Assembly (NCBI GenBank): GCA_964508365.1
Contig: CAZDTP010000009.1
Span: 865 to 64,864 of the forward strand
DNA from: an uncultured archaeon
GTDB lineage: Archaea > Asgardarchaeota > Lokiarchaeia > Sigyniarchaeales > SOKP01
Reading direction: 5' to 3'
DNA length: 64,000 bases
Shown: positions 1 to 8,046 of the stretch, piece by piece
How positions within the stretch are numbered: the first letter of the stretch is position 1
Layout: every line of letters starts with the position of its first letter
Notes under the pieces: generated by a model
Seen by the model: the letters and a program-made list of their open reading frames with translations, nothing else
Told to the model about the DNA's origin: nothing
Database searches by the model: none
Program-made: the position numbers and the translations under genes

Positions 1-396
1 AAAGAATATTTTGAAGAAGCAAATAAAAACATAGAAACTATTCGTAAAACCGTTGAAAAAAATGAAAAAAATCTAGGGAAAGAAATCTTTGAGAAACGAA
101 GAATTAAGAGCGAGAAATTTAATAAAGACTTTCGCGAAAATGTTTATGGATCTGACAAATCTTTCTACGCTGAAGACACATGTACTAGTTGCGGAATATG
201 TGTAAATATATGCCCGGTAAATAATATCGTTCTTGTAGAGGATATACCTCAATGGCAACATAAATGCCAGCAATGCTTAGCTTGCATTAATTTTTGTCCT
301 GAAAAATGTATTCAATTTGGGAATAAAACGTTAAAAACTCAGCGGTATCACCATCCCGAAATAACAGTTAAAGATTTAGTCAACCAGAAAAATTGA
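1..396 (+). CDS. C-terminal fragment of a 4Fe-4S dicluster (EFR1 / flavodoxin-ferredoxin type) protein; 5' end lies outside the window
   Basis: Frame +1 is open from base 1 to TGA at 394-396. It is absent from the ORF track because no start lies in the window. The translation carries two ferredoxin motifs, CTSCGICVNICP and CQQCLACINFCP. Its stop codon directly abuts the stop (397-399) of the convergent gene. Confidence 0.7.
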   Translation, partial: KEYFEEANKNIETIRKTVEKNEKNLGKEIFEKRRIKSEKFNKDFRENVYGSDKSFYAEDTCTSCGICVNICPVNNIVLVEDIPQWQHKCQQCLACINFCPEKCIQFGNKTLKTQRYHHPEITVKDLVNQKN

Positions 397-1035
397 TTAT
401 TTCTCTAAATTTTTCTTTTGTTTCTTTAATTTCGGAAAAAACATTGGGACTTTTTCTCTATAATCTTCATATTCTTTTCCAAATTCTTTAATTAACTCTT
501 GTTCTTCTTTCCAAGCGACCAAATAATTTAGTAGAAGTACTAATGGTGTAGAAATTAAAGAAAATAACGAAGAAAATATAAGAGAAATTCCAATATGTGC
601 CAACATTCCACCAAAGTATTGTGGATGTCTAATTAAAGAATAGATTTTAGTGGAAACGATCTTTTCAGTTCTATGCGTTTCTGCCACTCTAAGCGTAGTT
701 TCCTTTACGCTTGCAAGACCTAACCAAGCGCCTATAAATATAAAAGGTACCGAAAGTAGAAGATGAAACACATACAATGGATAATTTACAATGGGAATGT
801 TAATTACGAAAGTTTGAAGAATAGGAATAGTAAAATTAGGTTGTGGTGAAATCCAAACTCCAAACCAAAAGGCAAAAAATCCCCAACCTGAAAAGAGCCC
901 CATTAATCCGGTAATCTTATCACCTTTTTCCTTTCCATATTTTCTTTGAAATTTCAAGTGTTCTACGGATAAAAAGTGAAGTGGTACCATAATAACCATG
1001 CCAAAGATAGAAATTATAAACCAAAGATACATCAT
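397..1035 (-). CDS. ICMT/PEMT-family integral membrane methyltransferase
   Basis: 212 aa with several hydrophobic helices. The C-terminal RHPQYFGGMLAHIG ... WKEEQELIKEFGKEYEDYREKVPMFFP matches the conserved SAM-binding end of isoprenylcysteine carboxyl / phospholipid methyltransferase-family proteins. Confidence 0.7.
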   Translation of the reverse strand: MMYLWFIISIFGMVIMVPLHFLSVEHLKFQRKYGKEKGDKITGLMGLFSGWGFFAFWFGVWISPQPNFTIPILQTFVINIPIVNYPLYVFHLLLSVPFIFIGAWLGLASVKETTLRVAETHRTEKIVSTKIYSLIRHPQYFGGMLAHIGISLIFSSLFSLISTPLVLLLNYLVAWKEEQELIKEFGKEYEDYREKVPMFFPKLKKQKKNLEK

Positions 1036-1052
1036 ACTAAACTCCGATTATC

Positions 1053-1565
1053 CTAAAAATAGAAAATCATCTTTCCTACGCATTTTTTTTGAGAATATAG
1101 CAAACAATCATCAAAACTAGGTTCAAGTTTATATTTAATTCCTAATACATCTAGCCAACAACCAATACGATATAGCAAACCGCATTCATATTTCTCTTTT
1201 ACGCCAATTCTTTTCATACCCTCATAGGCAAAACATTTATTCATCTCCCAATGCAATAAGTTCTTAGCAGGGAAACTGTAATTAAAATCCATAAAATCTC
1301 CTTTTATTACGCTAAATCCATCATCGAAAAATTTTTTCAGCTGGTCGAAAGTTTCTATCTTAAGCTTTTCATCTCCTAAAGCTTTTAATACTCTTTGAAC
1401 TTCAATAACGGATAAAGATTTTATTGCAGCTTTATTTAATCTGTTTGCTTTTTCAATTCCTAACATTTTGACGCAGTTATAAAACCAAGAACCATCATGA
1501 GTCATCCAACACTTAACGAGAAGTTCTTTTAATTGATGCTTATTGAGTTGATCAAATAAATTCAT
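1053..1565 (-). CDS. hypothetical soluble protein (Trp/Cys-rich, family not recognised)
   Basis: Uninterrupted 170-aa ORF with non-repetitive composition, tightly spaced after the neighbouring gene. I could not name any motif. Confidence 0.4.
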   Translation of the reverse strand: MNLFDQLNKHQLKELLVKCWMTHDGSWFYNCVKMLGIEKANRLNKAAIKSLSVIEVQRVLKALGDEKLKIETFDQLKKFFDDGFSVIKGDFMDFNYSFPAKNLLHWEMNKCFAYEGMKRIGVKEKYECGLLYRIGCWLDVLGIKYKLEPSFDDCLLYSQKKCVGKMIFYF

Positions 1566-1670
1566 ATCAATAAGTTCCCTATAATTAATTCCTATTTAAT
1601 TAACATTTAAGACCGCTTGAATAAAAGATTATTTAATTTCGAAGTCTAAAAATAAATAACAAGGCGCTTT

Positions 1671-2915
1671 TTAGCTATTCAATCTCAATCTTTTAATGTT
1701 TCGGGAAAGATATGTTAAAGTAGCTAAAAAAGCGAACCCACATATTATAATAAAAACAAATACAGCGTATATGTTGACTTCGACAACAAAACCCGATATG
1801 ATTGGGGTTACCCCGAAACCAACTCCTATTATGATTTCGTTTATAGTTGAATATCTCGCCGTATTCTTAGCAGTTCCATAATCGAGCATGATTTTCATTG
1901 ATGTTCCGTGTATTAATCCAAAAAATAGGCCTGTAACTGCGAATATTATTGCGATGTACCAAATAGAACTAACAGAAAAAATAGTAAATGATACTACAAT
2001 AATGGAAATCAAACTGATTAAAACGGAAATTTTTCGCTTATATATATTCATCACATTAATCCAAGTTAAACCAATAAGTTGAGCCAATTGTATCCCACCT
2101 TGGACAAGGTAAGTTGAATGTGATTCTAATGAGTATAATTTTAAAAAAACGGGATATGTAAATAAGAAAATTGATTTTGTCGTTGATAAGAAAATTATTC
2201 CGATCCACGAGAATAAAATAGGATAAATCACCATAGAGGAATTTGAATTTGTTTTAGAGATCATTTTAAAATCTTCTTCATATACGGGATTTTCTAAATG
2301 AAGTTCTAATTCTTCTTTTAGAATATGGATTTTGGAATCTTTATTTATAAAAAAACTAATTGGGATCAGTAAAAACGACAGAGACCAGGAAAAAATCATA
2401 GCAGAATAATCATTCCAAGAAAAACTCCATATATAACCAATGAGAAGCCCAAAGATAAAACCAAAATTCCAAGAAAAATTAAAATTTCTAAAATCCCTTT
2501 TTGCTCTTTCAGAACTGCTTATCTTCTGCCATTTGCTTAACAGATTCAAGCAATTTGGCCAATAGAGCCCCGTGGTTAATCCTAATAATGCTCGACACAA
2601 GATTAAAAACCACGGTTCAAAGTATATGATTTGAGCTCCAGTTAAAATGGGTGTTAAAATGCAAGACAATACGAGGGCCTTACGGATTCCTATCTTTGAA
2701 GTAATAAATTGCCCAAGAATAGGAGCAAATATATAAGCGAGTGCTCCAGCAGAAGATATAATTCCTAGAGTGCTTTCGCTAATATCCACAACAAAATAAA
2801 GGTAATTGTAAAGCGCTCTTTCAAAAATGGATACAGATATTAATCTTATGAACGCAAGCCAGAATATCGGCCAAGCTCGATATGGTTGTGAAGCCGGTTC
2901 TATCTTAATTTGCAT
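1671..2915 (-). CDS. MFS-type transporter
   Basis: 414 aa with about 12 hydrophobic segments in two halves, separated by a charged central loop (KDSKIHILKEELELHLENPVYEEDFK). This is the typical major-facilitator layout. Confidence 0.6.
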   Translation of the reverse strand: MQIKIEPASQPYRAWPIFWLAFIRLISVSIFERALYNYLYFVVDISESTLGIISSAGALAYIFAPILGQFITSKIGIRKALVLSCILTPILTGAQIIYFEPWFLILCRALLGLTTGLYWPNCLNLLSKWQKISSSERAKRDFRNFNFSWNFGFIFGLLIGYIWSFSWNDYSAMIFSWSLSFLLIPISFFINKDSKIHILKEELELHLENPVYEEDFKMISKTNSNSSMVIYPILFSWIGIIFLSTTKSIFLFTYPVFLKLYSLESHSTYLVQGGIQLAQLIGLTWINVMNIYKRKISVLISLISIIVVSFTIFSVSSIWYIAIIFAVTGLFFGLIHGTSMKIMLDYGTAKNTARYSTINEIIIGVGFGVTPIISGFVVEVNIYAVFVFIIICGFAFLATLTYLSRNIKRLRLNS

Positions 2916-3103
2916 TTTTTGATAAAAAGGAAATTTCTTCGAGAGTTACTTATGTTATTTTTACTAAGTTTTCTTAAAAAATGGCGCTTTGCTCAAATAT
3001 TTTCTTACAAATTACTTTGTAATTTAAAAATCGGGCTATTAAAGTTTTAAGATTGATAAAAACTGTCTTTAATTAAAAATGCTTAAGCAAATAAAGAATT
3101 AGT

Positions 3104-3433
3104 GTGAGAATATTGTCGCCAGAAAGAGTATTTAATTATTGTCCTAACTGTGGTTCAAACCTACAAAAGTCAGATAAATTTAAAACTAATTTTTGTTGTT
3201 ATTGTGGGCAAAAATTAAAAAATAAAGATAGAACATCACAGGAAAATATTCAATGCACTATTTGTCACGAATTTATCTGGTATGGAAGAACTCGAATGAT
3301 TAAATGCTCATTCTGCGGTAGCAAATATCATTATTCATGCGTGCATGATTGGTTAGCAAGATATAACGCCTGTCCAATGTGTCAAAATGTATTTTTAAAT
3401 CCGAATCTTGTTCTTTCAAGAAACCGAAAGTGA
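3104..3433 (+). CDS. zinc-ribbon plus RING-type (C4HC3 cross-brace pattern) zinc-finger protein
   Basis: 109 aa with a GTG start. The N-terminal zinc ribbon is CPNC...CCYC. The second module is C51-x2-C-x13-C-x2-C-x4-H-x2-C-x10-C-x2-C, with YHYSCVHDWL...CPMC resembling the FHxxCIxxWL...CPxC core of RING E3 domains. Confidence 0.65.
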   Translation: MRILSPERVFNYCPNCGSNLQKSDKFKTNFCCYCGQKLKNKDRTSQENIQCTICHEFIWYGRTRMIKCSFCGSKYHYSCVHDWLARYNACPMCQNVFLNPNLVLSRNRK

Positions 3434-3655
3434 GAATTCTAGTTTAAAAGAAGATTTCTTAAGTGATATTTTCAATTGGGAGAAAAATTTCCATAGTTCC
3501 ATCCCAATCCCGTATATATATTTTAACATCGTTTCAAAAATTTTGATAATAATGAAAAAATTAAAAAGAAACATAATTCTAAATATAATAATCCAATTTA
3601 ACCAAAACATTGTATAACTATATTAAAAATTATATTTAATAGAGAGGCGAAAAGT

Positions 3656-3982
3656 ATGCCGTACATGTTTACCTATAATATATTTCCACCTGATCAAGCA
3701 GAAAATATTTCGAAAGCCTATTTAAAGGAAATCAAAGAAGCTCGAGTTGCTCTGAGACCTTTAGGTAAAGAAATAATACCTAACGCTGTAAAAGCAACTA
3801 TGGACGGGATGAGTGTGATTAGCGTTTGGGATGTCAAAGAAGGAAAACTTGAAGAAATACTAAAAATACAACAAAAACTACTGCTTGCATACCACGAAAT
3901 AGAGGGGTATAAATACCGTATAGAAGTTCGATTTAAAGCAACGGAAGCCTTAGAGATGTTAGGGATGAAGATGCCAGAATAA
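3656..3982 (+). CDS. hypothetical protein
   Basis: 108-aa ORF preceded by a purine-rich GAGAGGCGA stretch. No family recognised. Confidence 0.4.
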   Translation: MPYMFTYNIFPPDQAENISKAYLKEIKEARVALRPLGKEIIPNAVKATMDGMSVISVWDVKEGKLEEILKIQQKLLLAYHEIEGYKYRIEVRFKATEALEMLGMKMPE

Positions 3983-4004
3983 AAAAAATTAACTACAAAT
4001 TCTC

Positions 4005-4013
4005 TTTTTTTTT
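4005..4013. terminator. T9 tract between convergent genes (candidate archaeal oligo-T terminator)
   Basis: A run of nine T lies 23 nt after the stop of 3656-3982. Archaeal RNA polymerase terminates at oligo-T tracts. In an AT-rich genome this is weak evidence. Confidence 0.3.
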
Positions 4014-4038
4014 AATTTCTCAAGTAAATCAGATTTAC

Positions 4039-4689
4039 TTATGACAGATTTAAAAAATAAAAACAATTATCAGAAATAGGACATACTTCACATTTAGGTT
4101 TATTTTTAGAGCAGATTTTATATCCAAAATCAAGGATCGCCCAGTACATATATTTAAAATCGGTTTTTGGTAATAATTTGTCGAGTTCAGTATAGATCGT
4201 CTCAATTTTAACCTTCACATCTTGAGGTTTAAAAACTCTCTGAATAAATCTTTTTATATTAACATCAAAGAAGAAAGTTCTATGATTTAGCCCGAAACAA
4301 ACAAAAGCGTTACTCACATAATCGGCAATTCCATTAATTTTCCTTAATATTTCAGGATCGTGAGGGATTTCTCCTTCGTATTCTGTTATGATCATTCGAC
4401 TTAAGTCTTTTAAAATTTTTGCTCGTTTATTGGACAAGCCTAATCCTTTAATATCGGATTGTAATTTTATGATGTCTGCATTATCAATAGTGGAAAAGTC
4501 TTTATATTTAGTAAAAAAATCGTTATAAATGTTTTTAACATTTAGAGCAATTGTCTTTTGTAGTAATATCTCAGTAATCAATATTCGAAACAGAGAGCTT
4601 GATTTTCTCCATGGATAATCTCGTTTGTTCTCCTTATACCAATCTAAAATTTTCTCCCTAACCAGAGTATATTTATCTTCTCTATTCAT
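4039..4689 (-). CDS. HhH-GPD DNA glycosylase with [4Fe-4S] loop, MutY/Mig-like (probably monofunctional)
   Basis: 216 aa. ILLQKT opens the EndoIII-superfamily core. The HhH is LRKINGIADYVSNAF, with no Lys at the EndoIII lyase position. The catalytic-Asp region is FFFDVNIKRF. The C-terminal CSKNKPKCEVCPISDNC is the C-x6-C-x2-C-x5-C iron-sulfur loop. No MutY-type C-terminal domain is present. Confidence 0.75.
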   Translation of the reverse strand: MNREDKYTLVREKILDWYKENKRDYPWRKSSSLFRILITEILLQKTIALNVKNIYNDFFTKYKDFSTIDNADIIKLQSDIKGLGLSNKRAKILKDLSRMIITEYEGEIPHDPEILRKINGIADYVSNAFVCFGLNHRTFFFDVNIKRFIQRVFKPQDVKVKIETIYTELDKLLPKTDFKYMYWAILDFGYKICSKNKPKCEVCPISDNCFYFLNLS

Positions 4690-4824
4690 TTCAAATCTAG
4701 GTTAAGATACCATGATGGTTCCTAAAAATTTTCAACTTATCGTTTTAGTTATTAATTAAATATTAATTTCATTTTATTCTTATAGTTGATTTATTCATCC
4801 AGCAATGCCTTTTTCAACATTATA

Positions 4825-5964
4825 ATGACTGAAAAAAAGAAGATTCTAATAGATTTGTTCTGTGGAGCGGGGGGTTTGTCACTAGGTTTCGAAATGGCGA
4901 ATTTTAGAATTGAATTAGCTATAGAATTAGAAGAAAATTTTTATAATGCTTATAGAAGAAATCATTCTGAAACTCTATCATTAAATAAAGATATAACCTC
5001 ATTAAACTGCGAGGAATTTTCTGATAAATATCTTAAAAACAAAGAAATAGACGGAATAATTGGAGGTCCTCCATGTATAGGATTTTCTACGGTTGGAAAT
5101 AGGAGACCCGATGATCCTCGTAACATGCTAATTTTTTATTTTATTCAATGGGTTAAATACTATAAACCGAAATTTTTCGTTATGGAAAATGTTCCTGGAA
5201 TTCTTTCTATGGGGAAAGGAAAAGTAGTAGAAAAAATTGTTAAATTGTACAAAGAAATAGGATATAATTGTAAAATGGAAATATTGTTAGCAGCAGATTA
5301 CGGAGTCCCACAATTACGGCAGAGAGTATTTTTTATAGGGACTCAAGGTAAATCGGTTTATTCTTTAAAAATCCAAAAAACTAACAGCAATAATAATGCA
5401 AAGAAATCGGATTTAGGGAAAAATGCATTACCTTATTATTTGACAGTTCAAGACGCGCTATCTGATATTCTCAAGATAAATCCCCTTACAAAACAGCGGG
5501 TCGAGAACTCAACAATAAACTATAACGGACCGCCATTAACTCAATATCAAGAGTATTTAAGGGAAAACTCTGACGAATTGTATGACCATTTTGCCCCAAA
5601 TCATAGTGAAATCGTGAAAAGAAGAATATCCCATATCGATCAAGGAATGAATCATAGTTCTTTACCGAAGGAACTTCAACTCAAAGGGGGATATCCGAAC
5701 ATTTATGGGAGACTTCATTTAAAATATCCTGCAGATACAATTACGGGAAACTGCGGTTGTGTAAGTGCGCCGGGGAGATTTATTCATCCAATTCAAAATA
5801 GAGCGATCTCTATTAGAGAAGCGGCGAGATTGCAATCCTTTCCAGACAGGTATAAGTTTTACGGAACCATGAGAGACAAATACAAACAAGTTGGTAACGC
5901 AGTACCGCCCTTAATGGCTTATTCAGTGGCTAAATCAATAAAAAATATGTTAAAAACAGACTAA
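4825..5964 (+). CDS. DNA (cytosine-5)-methyltransferase
   Basis: C5-MTase motifs in canonical order: I DLFCGAGGLSLGF, IV GGPPCIGFS, VI ENVPG, VIII QLRQRVFFIG, X GNAVPP. The ORF track starts at TTG 4786. I prefer ATG 4825 (MTEKKKILIDLFCGAGG). Confidence 0.9.
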   Translation: MTEKKKILIDLFCGAGGLSLGFEMANFRIELAIELEENFYNAYRRNHSETLSLNKDITSLNCEEFSDKYLKNKEIDGIIGGPPCIGFSTVGNRRPDDPRNMLIFYFIQWVKYYKPKFFVMENVPGILSMGKGKVVEKIVKLYKEIGYNCKMEILLAADYGVPQLRQRVFFIGTQGKSVYSLKIQKTNSNNNAKKSDLGKNALPYYLTVQDALSDILKINPLTKQRVENSTINYNGPPLTQYQEYLRENSDELYDHFAPNHSEIVKRRISHIDQGMNHSSLPKELQLKGGYPNIYGRLHLKYPADTITGNCGCVSAPGRFIHPIQNRAISIREAARLQSFPDRYKFYGTMRDKYKQVGNAVPPLMAYSVAKSIKNMLKTD

Positions 5965-6003
5965 ATGAATCATTTAATACCAGATATTATATGAGAATGA
6001 AGT

Positions 6004-6552
6004 TTATTCCATACTTTCGGTGGTAGATTTATATATTTTTAAAGTTAATTTGGAAAATACATCATCTACTTTGGTGCCATTTTTCGCACTTGTTTCTAGA
6101 TATTCGCTTGCGGAAACTTGTTGTTGGATGTGACCAACTTCATCTAAATTAATTGTTCTATTTTCTGAGGTCAAGAGATCTAGCTTGTTTCCAACTAGTA
6201 TATTTGGAACGATTCCGATTTTATCTTCCACTTCTTCTTTCCAAGTTAATATGCTATCTAGAGTGTCTTTCCTCGTCAAATCGAACGCATAAACTATTCC
6301 TCTCGCACCTTTATAGAAAGCGTATCGAACCCATTTAAAACGAGGTTGACCTGCTAAGTCCCAGACTTGTAAGGTAATCAAATTTTCAATTTCGGGAAAT
6401 TTAATATATTTTACAAAAAAATTAGAACCAATTGTTCTTTGGGCATCTGGTACAAATCTCCTTTTTAAGTATTGGTTAAGAATCGTAGTTTTTCCTACTT
6501 CCGAATCTCCTACAATACAGATTTTGAAAAAGTATTTGTTTGACCCTACCAT
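6004..6552 (-). CDS. Rab/Ras-like small GTPase
   Basis: G1 GDSEVGKTT, G2 QRTIG, G3 WDLAGQ, G4 GNKLDL, G5 ETSAK. YKGARG resembles the Rab YYRGAxG element. There is no C-terminal Cys prenylation motif (the protein ends ...KSTTESME). Confidence 0.85.
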   Translation of the reverse strand: MVGSNKYFFKICIVGDSEVGKTTILNQYLKRRFVPDAQRTIGSNFFVKYIKFPEIENLITLQVWDLAGQPRFKWVRYAFYKGARGIVYAFDLTRKDTLDSILTWKEEVEDKIGIVPNILVGNKLDLLTSENRTINLDEVGHIQQQVSASEYLETSAKNGTKVDDVFSKLTLKIYKSTTESME

Positions 6553-6747
6553 TTTTAATGTTCTTAACCGTTGTTACTATTGAAAAAAGTGAATTAAAAC
6601 TTATATTTTTGTATATTATTGAAGTATTAGATAATATTCAATGAAATTTGATGAGTTGATATTAATACTCCTAAATATTAATAATATGAAATCTATTATA
6701 TTTCCAGTGTGGTTAATTTTTGAAAAAAAAAAGAGTTTTTCTTAATC

Positions 6748-7980
6748 ATGAGTAAAAATTTAAAGGATTTAATAGATCAAGCTGAAGATGAAGAAAAAAC
6801 ACATGCTCAATTAGAAAAAACGATTGAAAGTCTAGAACTGAAGATAGCAAAGTTAGAAACGAAGTTAAAAGATAAAAAGGCATTTTCCGAACAAAAATAT
6901 CTAAAACCTAAAATGGAAAATCTTGAATCCGATGAGATAAATATTTTAAAGGATTTAGTTAGTTCACAAAAACAGGAGCTAGCTCAAAACCAACAGGAGA
7001 ATGAGGCTCTTCAGCAAAATATTGAAAATTATAAGCAGGAATTAAAAAACATTAAAGACAGTCAAAATGATTCTGTAAAAGATCAAATAATAGTGAAAAC
7101 TCAAAATTCTCTTAATAATTTGATCGAAGATTATGGGAGATTGGAAAATACGAATATATCCCTGAAAGAAGAAATTTCCAAGATAGAAAACGAAAAAAAG
7201 CTACTTTTAGAAAATACCAAGAAGATTCAAACTGAAAGTTTCAATGTAGAGCAATTTGAGAGAGAATTAAAGAATTTAAAAAAGCAGCTAAATGATTTGG
7301 AGAGAGAGAAAAAATTACTTGAAGAAATTAATTTTACTTTTCGTAATAAAGAAATTTCTGTCGAAGAATTAGAGAAGACAATAGAGGTTTTAAAAAGCAA
7401 TAATTTCGAATTAAAAAAAGAAAATCAAAAATTATCTAAAATAATAGAGACCGTTAAAGCGGAAAACTCTCGTTTAGCGAAATTTGAGGAGAAAGTTATT
7501 TATTTAGAGGATAAAATTATCGCTCTTCAGAGAGAAAATGAAAACTTAAAGGAAAAAGATGCTATACTTCTTGCAAAAACGATTAACATTATGGAAAAAG
7601 AAAGCAGAGAACATCTAGAATTTGCAGATGATTTAGAAACTAGTGATAAGGATTTGAAAAAAAAAGAAGATCAAATATTTGAGAAATCAATAGAAGTTGT
7701 ACAAAGTGCAGAGCCTCAATCAAGAACCGGTATAGGTTTTACGACAACTGAAAATATCGATCAGATGCCAAAATCAGCGGAACCTGAAGTTTTAAGTTTT
7801 GAAGAAGGCGTTCCAACCGAAACTAATGAAGAAACTGGTTATCGTAAAAAAATCTGTCCGAATTGTGGAAATACAAATAAAGCCCAAATACGTGAAATTG
7901 ATGATAAAACTCGAGAAATTTTTCCAGGCTTTTATTCGAAAAAATATAAGTGTGGACAATGTGCTACAGAGTGGCGATAA
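6748..7980 (+). CDS. long coiled-coil protein with C-terminal zinc ribbon
   Basis: 410 aa. About 300 aa are K/E/L/N-rich heptad-like sequence (e.g. LEKTIESLELKIAKLETKLKDKK). The C-terminus has CPNCGNT...x28...CGQCATEW. Confidence 0.6.
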   Translation: MSKNLKDLIDQAEDEEKTHAQLEKTIESLELKIAKLETKLKDKKAFSEQKYLKPKMENLESDEINILKDLVSSQKQELAQNQQENEALQQNIENYKQELKNIKDSQNDSVKDQIIVKTQNSLNNLIEDYGRLENTNISLKEEISKIENEKKLLLENTKKIQTESFNVEQFERELKNLKKQLNDLEREKKLLEEINFTFRNKEISVEELEKTIEVLKSNNFELKKENQKLSKIIETVKAENSRLAKFEEKVIYLEDKIIALQRENENLKEKDAILLAKTINIMEKESREHLEFADDLETSDKDLKKKEDQIFEKSIEVVQSAEPQSRTGIGFTTTENIDQMPKSAEPEVLSFEEGVPTETNEETGYRKKICPNCGNTNKAQIREIDDKTREIFPGFYSKKYKCGQCATEWR

Positions 7981-8046
7981 GGACTATTTCTTTATATGTG
8001 ATTGTTTTTGGGCAAAATCATACTCTAATGATTTTATCATAACTAA

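Noticed and set aside
73-273. 66-aa minus-strand ORF at the window start
   Set aside because: It overlaps the plus-strand frame that encodes two clean ferredoxin CxxCxxCxxxCP motifs, and the plus-strand reading is far better supported.
1696-2082. Two plus-strand ORFs (61 and 64 aa) inside the MFS transporter locus
   Set aside because: They are antisense to a 414-aa membrane protein ORF, with no motifs and composition driven by the complementary hydrophobic codons.
3408-3617. Mutually antisense 69-aa and 64-aa ORFs in the spacer after the RING gene
   Set aside because: Both are I/N/K/F-rich products of AT-rich sequence. They overlap each other completely, with no ribosome-binding-like purine stretch and no motif.
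6004-6552. Functional link between the ICMT-like methyltransferases and the small GTPases (CaaX processing)
   Set aside because: None of the three GTPases ends in a Cys-containing prenylation motif (C-termini ...TTESME, ...LINLFL, ...TLVSA).
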